Positions 49,146-57,272 of a DNA stretch of 61,789 nt are shown here, in pieces. Origin of the DNA: Acidimicrobiia bacterium (GTDB lineage Bacteria > Actinomycetota > Acidimicrobiia > Spongiisociales > JALYHC01). The translations under genes and the position numbers were made by a program. The stretch spans positions 1 to 61,789 of the forward strand of contig JBOGFC010000081.1 of the NCBI GenBank assembly GCA_050742155.1. The letters are read 5' to 3'. Position 1 is the first letter of the stretch; each line of letters opens with the position of its first letter. The notes beneath the pieces are model-generated. The model saw nothing but the letters and a program-made list of their open reading frames with translations. It did no database searches and had not been told where the DNA came from.

Positions 49146-50717
49146 ATGAGCTGGTTCGACGCCGGCTGGGGGCTCTCGCTGGTGGTGTTCCTGCCGCTGG
49201 TGGGAGCGGCGGTGGTGCTACTCATTCCCAAGGCGGCCGTGGGGGCCGTCAAGGGGGCCGGGCTGGCCTTCACCTTCCTCTCGTTCCTCTTCTCGATCGT
49301 GGCGGCGGCCCGCTTCGACCTGTCGGCCGCCGCCCAGTTCCAGCTGGGCACCAGGCTGCCCTGGATCGGGGCCATCAACGCCAACTACCACATCGGGGTG
49401 GATGGGATCAGCCTGCCCCTGGTGGTCCTCTCCACCTTCATCACCCTGCTGTCGGTGGTCTACACCTGGGAGCACTGGCCGGAGCCGTACAACCCCAAGG
49501 CCTTCCTGAGCCTCATCCTGGTGCTGGCCACCGGCATGGCCGGGACCTTCGTGGCGCTCGACCTGGTGCTCTTCTTCATCTTCTTCGAGCTGGTGCTCCT
49601 CCCCATGTACTTCATCATCGGGATCTGGGGCGACCGGGACATGATGACCCTGGCCGGTTTCCGCCGCCGGGTGGAGACCCGACTCTACGCGGCCATCAAG
49701 TTCTTCCTCTTCACCCTGTTCGGCTCGGCCTTCATGCTGCTCGGCTTCCTGGGTCTCTACTTCCGGGGAGGGCGCACCTTCGACATCCCCGAGCTCATCG
49801 AGGCGGGCGGTGCCGGCGGTGCCTTCACGGGCACCTTCGCCTTCCTGGTCTTCGGGGCGCTGTTCCTGGGGTTCGCCGTCAAGGTGCCGATGTGGCCGCT
49901 CCACACCTGGCTCCCCGACGCCCACACCGCCGCCCCCACCGTGGGCTCGGTGCTGCTGGCGGCCATCCTCTTGAAGCTGGGCTCATACGGCTTCATCCGC
50001 ATCGCCCTCCCCATCCTCCCGGAGATGGCCCGGGTGTGGGCCCCGGCCATCGCCATCCTGGCCGCTATCTCGATCATCTACGGATCGCTGGCCTGCCTGG
50101 CGCAGACCGACATGAAGCGGCTGATCGCCTTCTCCTCGGTGGGACATATGGGCTTCGTCATGCTGGGGATCGCCACCCTCACCGACATCGGCATCAACGC
50201 GGCGGTGATCGGCATGGTGGCCCACGGGGTGATCACCGGTCTGCTCTTCTTCCTGGCGGGGGCCATCGCCCACCGCTACCACACCCGGGAGATGGCCCGC
50301 CTGGGCGGCAACCTGAAGATCATGCCCGTGCTGGGGGGCATCCTGGGGTTCACTGCCATGGCCTCGCTGGGCCTGCCCGGGTTGGCCGGCTTTTGGGGGG
50401 AGTTCATGGCGCTGCTGGGCGCCTACCAGCCGCTCGGCGAGCTCAGCCTGACCGTCTTCCGCAGCGCCATGGTGGCCGGGGCGATCGGCACGGTGCTCAC
50501 CGCCGGCTACATGCTGTGGATGCTGCAGCGGGTCAACCTCGGGGAGCCGCCCGAGGAGTGGGTGGGTCACGAGTTCCACGACCTCGACCGCTTCGAGCTG
50601 GCCGCCTGGATGCCGCTGGTGGTGCTGATCGTGGCGATCGGCATCTACCCCAAGCTGGTCTTCGGGGCCACCAACGATGCCGTTGTGAACCTGGTGCGGA
50701 CCTCCTTCGGAGGGTGA
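49146..50717 (+). CDS. nuoM: NADH-quinone oxidoreductase subunit M, second operon
   Basis: FIFFELVLLPMYFIIGIWG and KVPMWPLHTWLPDAHTAAPTVGSV. Confidence 0.93.
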   Translation: MSWFDAGWGLSLVVFLPLVGAAVVLLIPKAAVGAVKGAGLAFTFLSFLFSIVAAARFDLSAAAQFQLGTRLPWIGAINANYHIGVDGISLPLVVLSTFITLLSVVYTWEHWPEPYNPKAFLSLILVLATGMAGTFVALDLVLFFIFFELVLLPMYFIIGIWGDRDMMTLAGFRRRVETRLYAAIKFFLFTLFGSAFMLLGFLGLYFRGGRTFDIPELIEAGGAGGAFTGTFAFLVFGALFLGFAVKVPMWPLHTWLPDAHTAAPTVGSVLLAAILLKLGSYGFIRIALPILPEMARVWAPAIAILAAISIIYGSLACLAQTDMKRLIAFSSVGHMGFVMLGIATLTDIGINAAVIGMVAHGVITGLLFFLAGAIAHRYHTREMARLGGNLKIMPVLGGILGFTAMASLGLPGLAGFWGEFMALLGAYQPLGELSLTVFRSAMVAGAIGTVLTAGYMLWMLQRVNLGEPPEEWVGHEFHDLDRFELAAWMPLVVLIVAIGIYPKLVFGATNDAVVNLVRTSFGG

Positions 50718-50742
50718 GGATGGGCCTCGAGAAGCGGGCTCC

Positions 50743-52239
50743 GTGACTTTGGTGCCGGTCTTCGACTACCACGCGCTGGCGCCGGAGCTGATCCTGGCCG
50801 CCACCGTGCTGGGGGCCCTGGGGCTCGACTTGGTCCTCCCCGAGGAGCGCAAGTTCCTGGTGGCGTCGATTGGGGTGCTGGGCCTCACCTTGGCGGCGGT
50901 ACCCCTCCTCACCCTGACCCTCTCCGGTACCGAGCGGACGCTGTTCGGCGACTCCTACGTGGTCGACTCCTTCGCCCTGGTGATGAAGGGCCTCTTCGTG
51001 GTCTCCGGCTACGTGGTGCTGCTGCTGTCGGTGGGCTATGTCGAGGAGTACCGGCACTACCAGGGGGAGTACTACTTCCTGCTCCTCTCCTCCATCCTGG
51101 GGGCGGTGGTGATGGCCTCGGCCCGCGACCTGCTCACCCTCTTCATCGGCCTGGAGCTGGTGTCGGGGCCGGTCTTCCTCTTGGCCGGGTGGCGCAAGGC
51201 CGACCTGCGCTCCAACGAGGCGGCCCTCAAGTTCTTCCTGATCGGGGTGCTCTCCACCGCCATCATGCTCTACGGGATGTCGATGGTCTACGGGCTGACC
51301 GGGGAGATCACCTTCTCCGGCATCCGGGCGGCCTCGGCAGCTCTGGCCGAGGAGCCGGCTTTCGTCTTGGCGGTGCTCTTCGTGGTGACCGGCTTCGGCT
51401 TCAAGGTGTCGGCGGCCCCCTTCCACTTCTGGACCCCCGACACCTACCAGGGCTCGCCTGCCCCGGTGACCGCTTACCTGTCGGTGGGCTCCAAGGGAGC
51501 CGGCTTCGTGGGACTGCTGCTGGTCTGCTACCTGGCCTTCGGAGAGGTGGTCGAGGTGTGGGCCCCGGCGGTGTGGGTGCTGGCGGCGCTCTCGATGACG
51601 GTGGGCAACCTGGTGGCCCTGTGGCAGACCGACATCATCCGCCTGCTGGCCTACTCCTCGGTGGCCCAGGCCGGCTTCATGCTGGTCCCCTTCGCGGCGG
51701 CCGCCTCGCTCGACCAGGAGGATCTCCAGGAGGCGTTCGCCGCCACCATCATCTACCTGCTCATCTTCGCCTTCATGAACTTGGGGGCCTTCGCCACCGT
51801 GATCGCCGCCATGCGCAAGGCCCGCAGCCGGGAGATCGACGGTCTGGCCGGGCTGTTCTCGTACGCGCCGGGCCTGGCGTTCTTGCTGGCCGTGTTCTTC
51901 TTCGCCCTGGCCGGCATCCCTCCCCTGGCCGGATGGTTCGCCAAGTTCGTGATCTTCCGGGCCGTGCTGGTCAGCCCCGGCGCCTGGGGGGTGGTGCTGG
52001 CGGTGATCGCGGCAGTCAACGCGGTGATCGCCCTCTTCTACTACGCCCGGGTGGTCAAGGTGGCCTGGATGGATCCCCTCCCCGAGACCGCCCCGGCTCC
52101 GGAAGTGCGGGAACGGCCGGTCCAGCCGGCGCTCGCCGTGGCCCTGGCCATCACCGCCATCGTCACCGTGGCCGTGGGCTTCTATCCCCAGTTCCTCGCC
52201 TTCTTCGGCACCGCCACCCAGACCCTGGCCGCCCCCTAA
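50743..52239 (+). CDS. nuoN: NADH-quinone oxidoreductase subunit N, second operon
   Basis: FKVSAAPFHFWTPDTYQGSPAPVTAYLS and LAYSSVAQAGF. GTG start. Confidence 0.92.
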   Translation: MTLVPVFDYHALAPELILAATVLGALGLDLVLPEERKFLVASIGVLGLTLAAVPLLTLTLSGTERTLFGDSYVVDSFALVMKGLFVVSGYVVLLLSVGYVEEYRHYQGEYYFLLLSSILGAVVMASARDLLTLFIGLELVSGPVFLLAGWRKADLRSNEAALKFFLIGVLSTAIMLYGMSMVYGLTGEITFSGIRAASAALAEEPAFVLAVLFVVTGFGFKVSAAPFHFWTPDTYQGSPAPVTAYLSVGSKGAGFVGLLLVCYLAFGEVVEVWAPAVWVLAALSMTVGNLVALWQTDIIRLLAYSSVAQAGFMLVPFAAAASLDQEDLQEAFAATIIYLLIFAFMNLGAFATVIAAMRKARSREIDGLAGLFSYAPGLAFLLAVFFFALAGIPPLAGWFAKFVIFRAVLVSPGAWGVVLAVIAAVNAVIALFYYARVVKVAWMDPLPETAPAPEVRERPVQPALAVALAITAIVTVAVGFYPQFLAFFGTATQTLAAP

Positions 52240-52295
52240 CCGCGAACCTAAGGCTTGGCTGTACCAAAACGGTACAAAACTGCCTCGAGAATGGG

Positions 52296-53183
52296 CTATC
52301 CGCCGTAGCCCTCCTCCAGCAGTACGTCCCCGTCCTCCAGCCGGTAGAAGACCCGCCAGTGGTAATAACCCAGGTAGGCCCGCTCGTCGGCCCGCATGAC
52401 CGAGGCGTAGGCCTCAATGGCCGCCACGTAGTGATCGCTTGGGTTGTAGGCGTAGAGGGCGCCGGCCATGTCCTGCGGAGCGCCGTGGGCCACCAGGTAG
52501 CGGGCGGCGGCCCGGACGGCGTCACCCGGATCGTTGATGTCGCCCTCGCCGTAGGCCGCCCAGGTGCCCGGGAGGAACTGCATCGGTCCCTGAGCCCCGG
52601 CCGGGCTGGTACCCCGGATGCGACCCATGCGGGTCTCCACCAGGTGGATGGCCGCCAGGTACTCCCATCCCACCCCGAACTCTGCTTCTGCCGCCTGGTA
52701 GTAGCCGCGCAACTCGGCGGCCGGAGGAGGAGGGAAGATCCGCCAGGGAGGCAGTTCGGCCTGGGGCTTGGTGAGCGCACGGAGCCGCTCACCGGCCATA
52801 AGGTTGGCGTCGAAGACCGGCCGCATCTCTTCGGGCAGGAGATTCCGCACCGGTGCCCGCCACTCGAGATGCACGACGAGGTCCCGGTAGGCCTGCTGCT
52901 GCGCCCACGCCCAGCCGGGGAGATGGTCGGTCGGCGTGTCGGCCGAGCGGATTCCCTCCTCGGCCGCCAGCAGCGTCCTTCCGAGCTCCTCGGCGTCAGC
53001 GAAGGTCGTCACAGCTGGGGGCTCCACGACTACCAAGCTGGTGCTCGAGGAGGTGGTCGGTTCCGGGGTGGGGCCGGTCGGTGGAAGGGTCGTGGCCGAG
53101 CCGGCCCTGGTCGTGACCGTCTCGGTGGGCGGCGGGGCGCGCTCGGGTGAACTGCACGCCACCAAAGCGGCAACCACCAGCAT
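52296..53183 (-). CDS. Lytic transglycosylase (SLT-domain) lipoprotein
   Basis: HLVETRMGR...GAQGPMQFLPGTW...AAARYL motifs. A lipobox-like LVAC follows the start chosen at ATG 53183. The longest ORF extends to 53264. Confidence 0.75.
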   Translation of the reverse strand: MLVVAALVACSSPERAPPPTETVTTRAGSATTLPPTGPTPEPTTSSSTSLVVVEPPAVTTFADAEELGRTLLAAEEGIRSADTPTDHLPGWAWAQQQAYRDLVVHLEWRAPVRNLLPEEMRPVFDANLMAGERLRALTKPQAELPPWRIFPPPPAAELRGYYQAAEAEFGVGWEYLAAIHLVETRMGRIRGTSPAGAQGPMQFLPGTWAAYGEGDINDPGDAVRAAARYLVAHGAPQDMAGALYAYNPSDHYVAAIEAYASVMRADERAYLGYYHWRVFYRLEDGDVLLEEGYGG

Positions 53184-54243
53184 GCGGTACCGTCCCGGCG
53201 TGTTGAAGGACCATCTCCTGGACCGCATCGGCCGGCACGGCCCCATCCCCTTCGAGGAGTTCATGGGGACGGCACTCTATGACTCCGAGCAGGGGTACTT
53301 CACCTCCGGCTCACTGCGCTCGGTCAAGGAGGGCGACTTCCTCACCAGCCCAGAGGTGAGTCCTCTCTTCGGTCAGATGCTGGCCCGCTTCGTGGACCGC
53401 GAGCGGCAACGGATCGGCGACCCACCGGACTTTACGGTGGTCGATGTCGGTGCCGGATCGGGGTCGCTGCTGCGGTCATTGGTTCAATCGCTCGCCCGAT
53501 ACGCCGAGGCGTGGGCCGTCGAGGTCTCCCAGGCCGCCCTGGGACTCGCTCCTACCCGGGCGGCGGGCACCCTCGACGACCTGCCGGCTCTCTTCCCCGG
53601 GGTGATCATCGCCAACGAGCTGCTCGACAACCTGCCGGTCGCCCTGGCGACCTGGACGGCCGGAGGCTGGAGGGAACGATGGGTGGGCGTGATGGACGAC
53701 CGGCTGGCATTGGTTGAGGTCTCGGCCCGGCCCGAGGTGGCCGCGTGGGCCGACAGCTTTGGCCTTCCCGTCGAGGAGGGCGGGCAGGTCGAGGTGCAGC
53801 TGGCCGCCGGGGAGTGGCTCCGGTCGGCGCTGGGCAAGCTGAAGGCCGGCTCGGTGGTGGTGATCGACTACGGGGACACCGCCCAGGGCCTGGCGCCCCG
53901 CCGCAAGGCGGGGACCTTGCGAACCTATCGGCACCACCACCTTGGCCCCGACCCGCTGGAGGCGCCGGGCGAGACCGACATCACCGTCGATGTCAATTTC
54001 ACCGCCCTGGCGGCGGCCGCCCGCGCAAAAGGCGCCTCGGTGGAGCTGATCCGCCAGGAGGACTTCCTGGTGGCCCTGGGCCTGCGGGAGGAGCTGGCCC
54101 GGCTTCGACAGGGAGAGCTGGCCCTGGCCCGGGCCGGAAAGCCCAGCGAACGGTTGCGGGTCCGGTCGGAGCTCACCGACGGGGAAGCCCTGCTCCACCC
54201 CAGGGGGCTGGGCGACTTTCGTGTTCTGGTGGCAAGCTTCTGA
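53182..54243 (+). CDS. SAM-dependent methyltransferase, MidA/NDUFAF7 (DUF185) family
   Basis: FEEFMGTALYDSEQGYFTSG...GDFLTSPEVSPLFGQMLA and VVDVGAGSGSL (SAM motif I). The start is taken at ATG 53182. Confidence 0.8.
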   Translation: MRYRPGVLKDHLLDRIGRHGPIPFEEFMGTALYDSEQGYFTSGSLRSVKEGDFLTSPEVSPLFGQMLARFVDRERQRIGDPPDFTVVDVGAGSGSLLRSLVQSLARYAEAWAVEVSQAALGLAPTRAAGTLDDLPALFPGVIIANELLDNLPVALATWTAGGWRERWVGVMDDRLALVEVSARPEVAAWADSFGLPVEEGGQVEVQLAAGEWLRSALGKLKAGSVVVIDYGDTAQGLAPRRKAGTLRTYRHHHLGPDPLEAPGETDITVDVNFTALAAAARAKGASVELIRQEDFLVALGLREELARLRQGELALARAGKPSERLRVRSELTDGEALLHPRGLGDFRVLVASF

Positions 54244-54273
54244 GGCCTGTGAACCTAGGCGAGACTCGGAACC

Positions 54274-56463
54274 CTACCGATTCACGATACGGACCCACCA
54301 CGGGACCAGGTAGGTCTGCCCGCCGGCTGTGACTTGCACATCGCCGTCGTACTCGCCGTCCGGCACCGTCCGACTGACCTCCAGGCTGACCAGCAGGTCG
54401 CCGTTCCCGTCCACCTCGGCCGTGACCACGAGGCCGGGATCACCCTTGTTGGTGATCACGGAGACGGCGCTCACCGGAGACCCGGTCACGTCCACCGTCA
54501 CCGAGGCGTTCACCTGCCGGTTGCCGATGATCTCGCCGAAGCTGACGCTCACCGGGTCGAAGAAGGTGGCCGCGTTGAAGGCCTCTACCAGATCGATTCG
54601 CCCGCCTCCCCGCGCCAGCACGCCGGGATCGACCGTGCCGGTCACGTGGTCGGTCACGACCCGCGCGGCCGAGTTGGCCAGGCGAGACTTCACTTCCGCC
54701 GGACTCGCCCCTGGGAAGCCGTCGAGGATCAGCGCGGCCGCGCCCGCCACGTGCGGTGTGGCCATGCTGGTGCCCTGGAAGAAGGCGAATTCGTCTCCGA
54801 ACACGCTCGACAGGACGTTCACCCCCGGACCGGTCACGTCTGGCTTGATCAGGAAGGTGAAGGGCACCGGGCCCCGACTGGAGAAGCCGGCGATGATGTC
54901 CTGGTTCGCGGTGAGGAACTCTTGGGGAGCGCTCCCGTCGATGGTCACCGTCCCGCTTGGCTTCATGCTGTTCCCCTCGTTCTTCCCCACCATGGCGGCG
55001 GGGATGGTCGGGAACGGATCGGTCCCGTCATGGGCCATGGCGGTGGGATCACCTGCCACGTTGTTCGCCACCAGCACCCCGATCGCCCCGGCGTTCTCGG
55101 CGTTGCGCACCTTCGTGGTGAAGGTGCAGACCCCTCGGTCGATCAGGGCGATCTGGCCGGTCAGGTCCTCGCTGATGGCCGTGCAGCCGTTGGCCGGGGT
55201 GGTCACGGTGTACGGTTGGTCGACGAAGTCCTCGGCGGGCTCGAAGTTGTTGAAATCTCCGAGAGCCGCCCCGATCGTGGCGCTGTCACCACCCGACGAG
55301 CTGAACGTCACCGGGATCCCCACGAAGTGGGGATTGGTGCTCGCCCCGGCGGTGATCACCTTGGCGGCGCTGCCGGGGGACTCGATCGTCTCCGAGCCCG
55401 GGCCGGAGTTGCCGGCCGCCACCGCCACCACCATGCCGGCATCGACCACCGCGTCGGAGGCTTCGGCCAAGAAGTCGTGGGGACCCTGCACCCCACCGCC
55501 CAGGCTCATGTTGGCTACGTGCATCCCGTCCGACACGGCGTCTTCCAACGCTTGGGCGATGTCGTGGCTGAAGGCCGATCCGCCGAAGGCTACGAACCCG
55601 GCGCCGAAGCCTGGGAAGACGTTGTAGTCGCCCAGCCAGGCCTTGGGCGCCATACCGCCTAGGCCGCTGATCACCACGTCGGTCCCAGCCACCGTACCCG
55701 AGGTATTTGGGTTGCCGGCCACCGTGCCGGCCACGTGGGTGCCGTGGTCGAACGCCAGCAGCGAGCCACCTACCGCGCCCGGGGCAACCCCGCTGGTATA
55801 GACCCGGCACACGATGACCTTGTTGTTGGTGTTGGGGATGTCGTCGTCCTCCGGGCATTCGTTGATTTGGGGGGTTCCCGGATAGGCGGAGTCATCGAAG
55901 AACCGGTTGGTGGTGTCGATCCCGGTGTCGATAATGGCCACCTTGATCCCACTCCCGGCGTTGGCCTCACCACCCAGCTGGCCCCAGACCTCGCTGGCCC
56001 GTACCAGGTCCCTGCTCACGTTCATGGCCGGCTGGTAGAGGACCGAGTTGGCCACGGCCCGAACCTTGGGACCCTTTTCGAGAGTCGAGAGGGACGTGCC
56101 GTTCAGCTTGACGGCCATCCCGTTGAGGACCGTGTCGTACACCCGAACGACCTCGGTGTTGGGGGCATGCTGGGTCAAATACGCCCGATAGTTGGCGTGC
56201 TCGTTGTCCTCGAGGAATCGAACGTACGCCTGGTACGCCGGGCTGTCGGGGTCCAGCCTGCCTCGTTCCGGCTTGGTGCGCTCCAAGCCTGGGATTCCGC
56301 CCTGGTAGCTGGCTGCCGGCGGCGACTCGAACGTGACGATGGCGAACTCATTGCTGACCCGGGCGGTCGGCGCCCGGTCGTCGCTGATGTCGGCGAAGGC
56401 CAGCCCGCTGAAGGCGGCCAGCATCGCCACGGCCAACATGATGGTGAGAAGCGATCGCTTCAT
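54274..56463 (-). CDS. Secreted S8 subtilisin-like serine protease with I9 propeptide and PA-domain insertion
   Basis: Signal peptide. Catalytic blocks VAIIDTGID (Asp), HGTHVAGTVAG (His) and GTSMATPHVAGAAALI (Ser). A strong AAGGAGG SD lies upstream. Confidence 0.9.
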   Translation of the reverse strand: MKRSLLTIMLAVAMLAAFSGLAFADISDDRAPTARVSNEFAIVTFESPPAASYQGGIPGLERTKPERGRLDPDSPAYQAYVRFLEDNEHANYRAYLTQHAPNTEVVRVYDTVLNGMAVKLNGTSLSTLEKGPKVRAVANSVLYQPAMNVSRDLVRASEVWGQLGGEANAGSGIKVAIIDTGIDTTNRFFDDSAYPGTPQINECPEDDDIPNTNNKVIVCRVYTSGVAPGAVGGSLLAFDHGTHVAGTVAGNPNTSGTVAGTDVVISGLGGMAPKAWLGDYNVFPGFGAGFVAFGGSAFSHDIAQALEDAVSDGMHVANMSLGGGVQGPHDFLAEASDAVVDAGMVVAVAAGNSGPGSETIESPGSAAKVITAGASTNPHFVGIPVTFSSSGGDSATIGAALGDFNNFEPAEDFVDQPYTVTTPANGCTAISEDLTGQIALIDRGVCTFTTKVRNAENAGAIGVLVANNVAGDPTAMAHDGTDPFPTIPAAMVGKNEGNSMKPSGTVTIDGSAPQEFLTANQDIIAGFSSRGPVPFTFLIKPDVTGPGVNVLSSVFGDEFAFFQGTSMATPHVAGAAALILDGFPGASPAEVKSRLANSAARVVTDHVTGTVDPGVLARGGGRIDLVEAFNAATFFDPVSVSFGEIIGNRQVNASVTVDVTGSPVSAVSVITNKGDPGLVVTAEVDGNGDLLVSLEVSRTVPDGEYDGDVQVTAGGQTYLVPWWVRIVNR

Positions 56464-56575
56464 GGCCCTTTCCTCCTTGCCCGGGAGGCCGCCTTGGGCG
56501 ACCTCTCCGCCACGGTCCGTGGCAGCCTACCCCTCAGCCTTGTTAGGTGGCAAGTGCCGTACGATGCTGGGTTGG

Positions 56576-56716
56576 AGCGGCTCGAACAGTGTCAAGGAGC
56601 GTCTCGAAGGGGGCTCCGTAGTGGCGATCGACTACGAGGACACCGCGCGGAGTCTTCTTCCGCGACGTCAACACGGGACGCTCCGCACCCACCGGGTGCA
56701 GGTGGCGCAGAGATGA
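56576..56716 (+). pseudogene. Decayed fragment of a MidA/DUF185-family methyltransferase paralog
   Basis: The translated frame GGSVVAIDYEDTARSLLPRRQHGTLRTHR parallels AGSVVVIDYGDTAQGLAPRRKAGTLRTYR of the intact gene at 53182-54243. Nucleotide similarity is also visible (ggctc.gt.gtgg.gatcgactacg.ggacaccgc). There is no N-terminal part and no plausible start. Confidence 0.5.
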
Positions 56717-56758
56717 GCGGGAACCAGAAGAGGTGGGTGAGACGTCCAACCAGCGGAG

Positions 56759-57235
56759 ATGTCCGGCCGAATGAGAGACAAAGCGATTCCTGGCGCCGTG
56801 GTCCTCCTCGCCCTCATCGGCGTGGCCTGTGGCGACCGTCAGGGATTCACCGAAACCAGCCCAAGAGTTGTCATGTCTGAGCCGTCCACGACGGTTCGAC
56901 AGAACGACGCGGTTGTGAAGGCTCGCGCCGACCTGGCAGCACGCCTGGGCGTGGAGGTCGAGAGCATCGAGGTGAGCAAAGCGGAGGAGGTCGTGTGGCG
57001 AGACGGCAGTATTGGTTGCCCCGAGCCGGGGATGGTCTATACCCAGGCCCTCGTCGAAGGACTACGCCTGACCCTGCTCCACGACGGAACGACCTACTAC
57101 TACCACCAGGGCGACGACCAGGATCCGTTTCTCTGTGACGAGCCTGATGAAGACTCCTACCTTTCCAAAGAGGATGTCCTCAACCCCCCAAAGGGGGACA
57201 CCGAGGTCATCCCGCCACCCGGTTACGACGAGTGA
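56759..57235 (+). CDS. Small hypothetical lipoprotein
   Basis: Lipobox LIGVAC. The roughly 130-aa mature part has two Cys (GSIGCPEPGM and PFLCDEP). It sits between two subtilase genes. The alternative start is ATG 56771. Confidence 0.6.
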   Translation: MSGRMRDKAIPGAVVLLALIGVACGDRQGFTETSPRVVMSEPSTTVRQNDAVVKARADLAARLGVEVESIEVSKAEEVVWRDGSIGCPEPGMVYTQALVEGLRLTLLHDGTTYYYHQGDDQDPFLCDEPDEDSYLSKEDVLNPPKGDTEVIPPPGYDE

Positions 57236-57272
57236 CGGAAAGGGCCCACCAGGCGCCCGTTCTCTTGTCGCT

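Noticed and set aside
52260-52276. Hairpin TGTACC-AAAAC-GGTACA between the convergent nuoN (operon 2) and the lytic transglycosylase gene, considered as a bidirectional intrinsic terminator.
   Set aside because: The stem is only 6 bp and AT-poor in neither arm. No U-tract follows on either strand. This is not enough to call a terminator.
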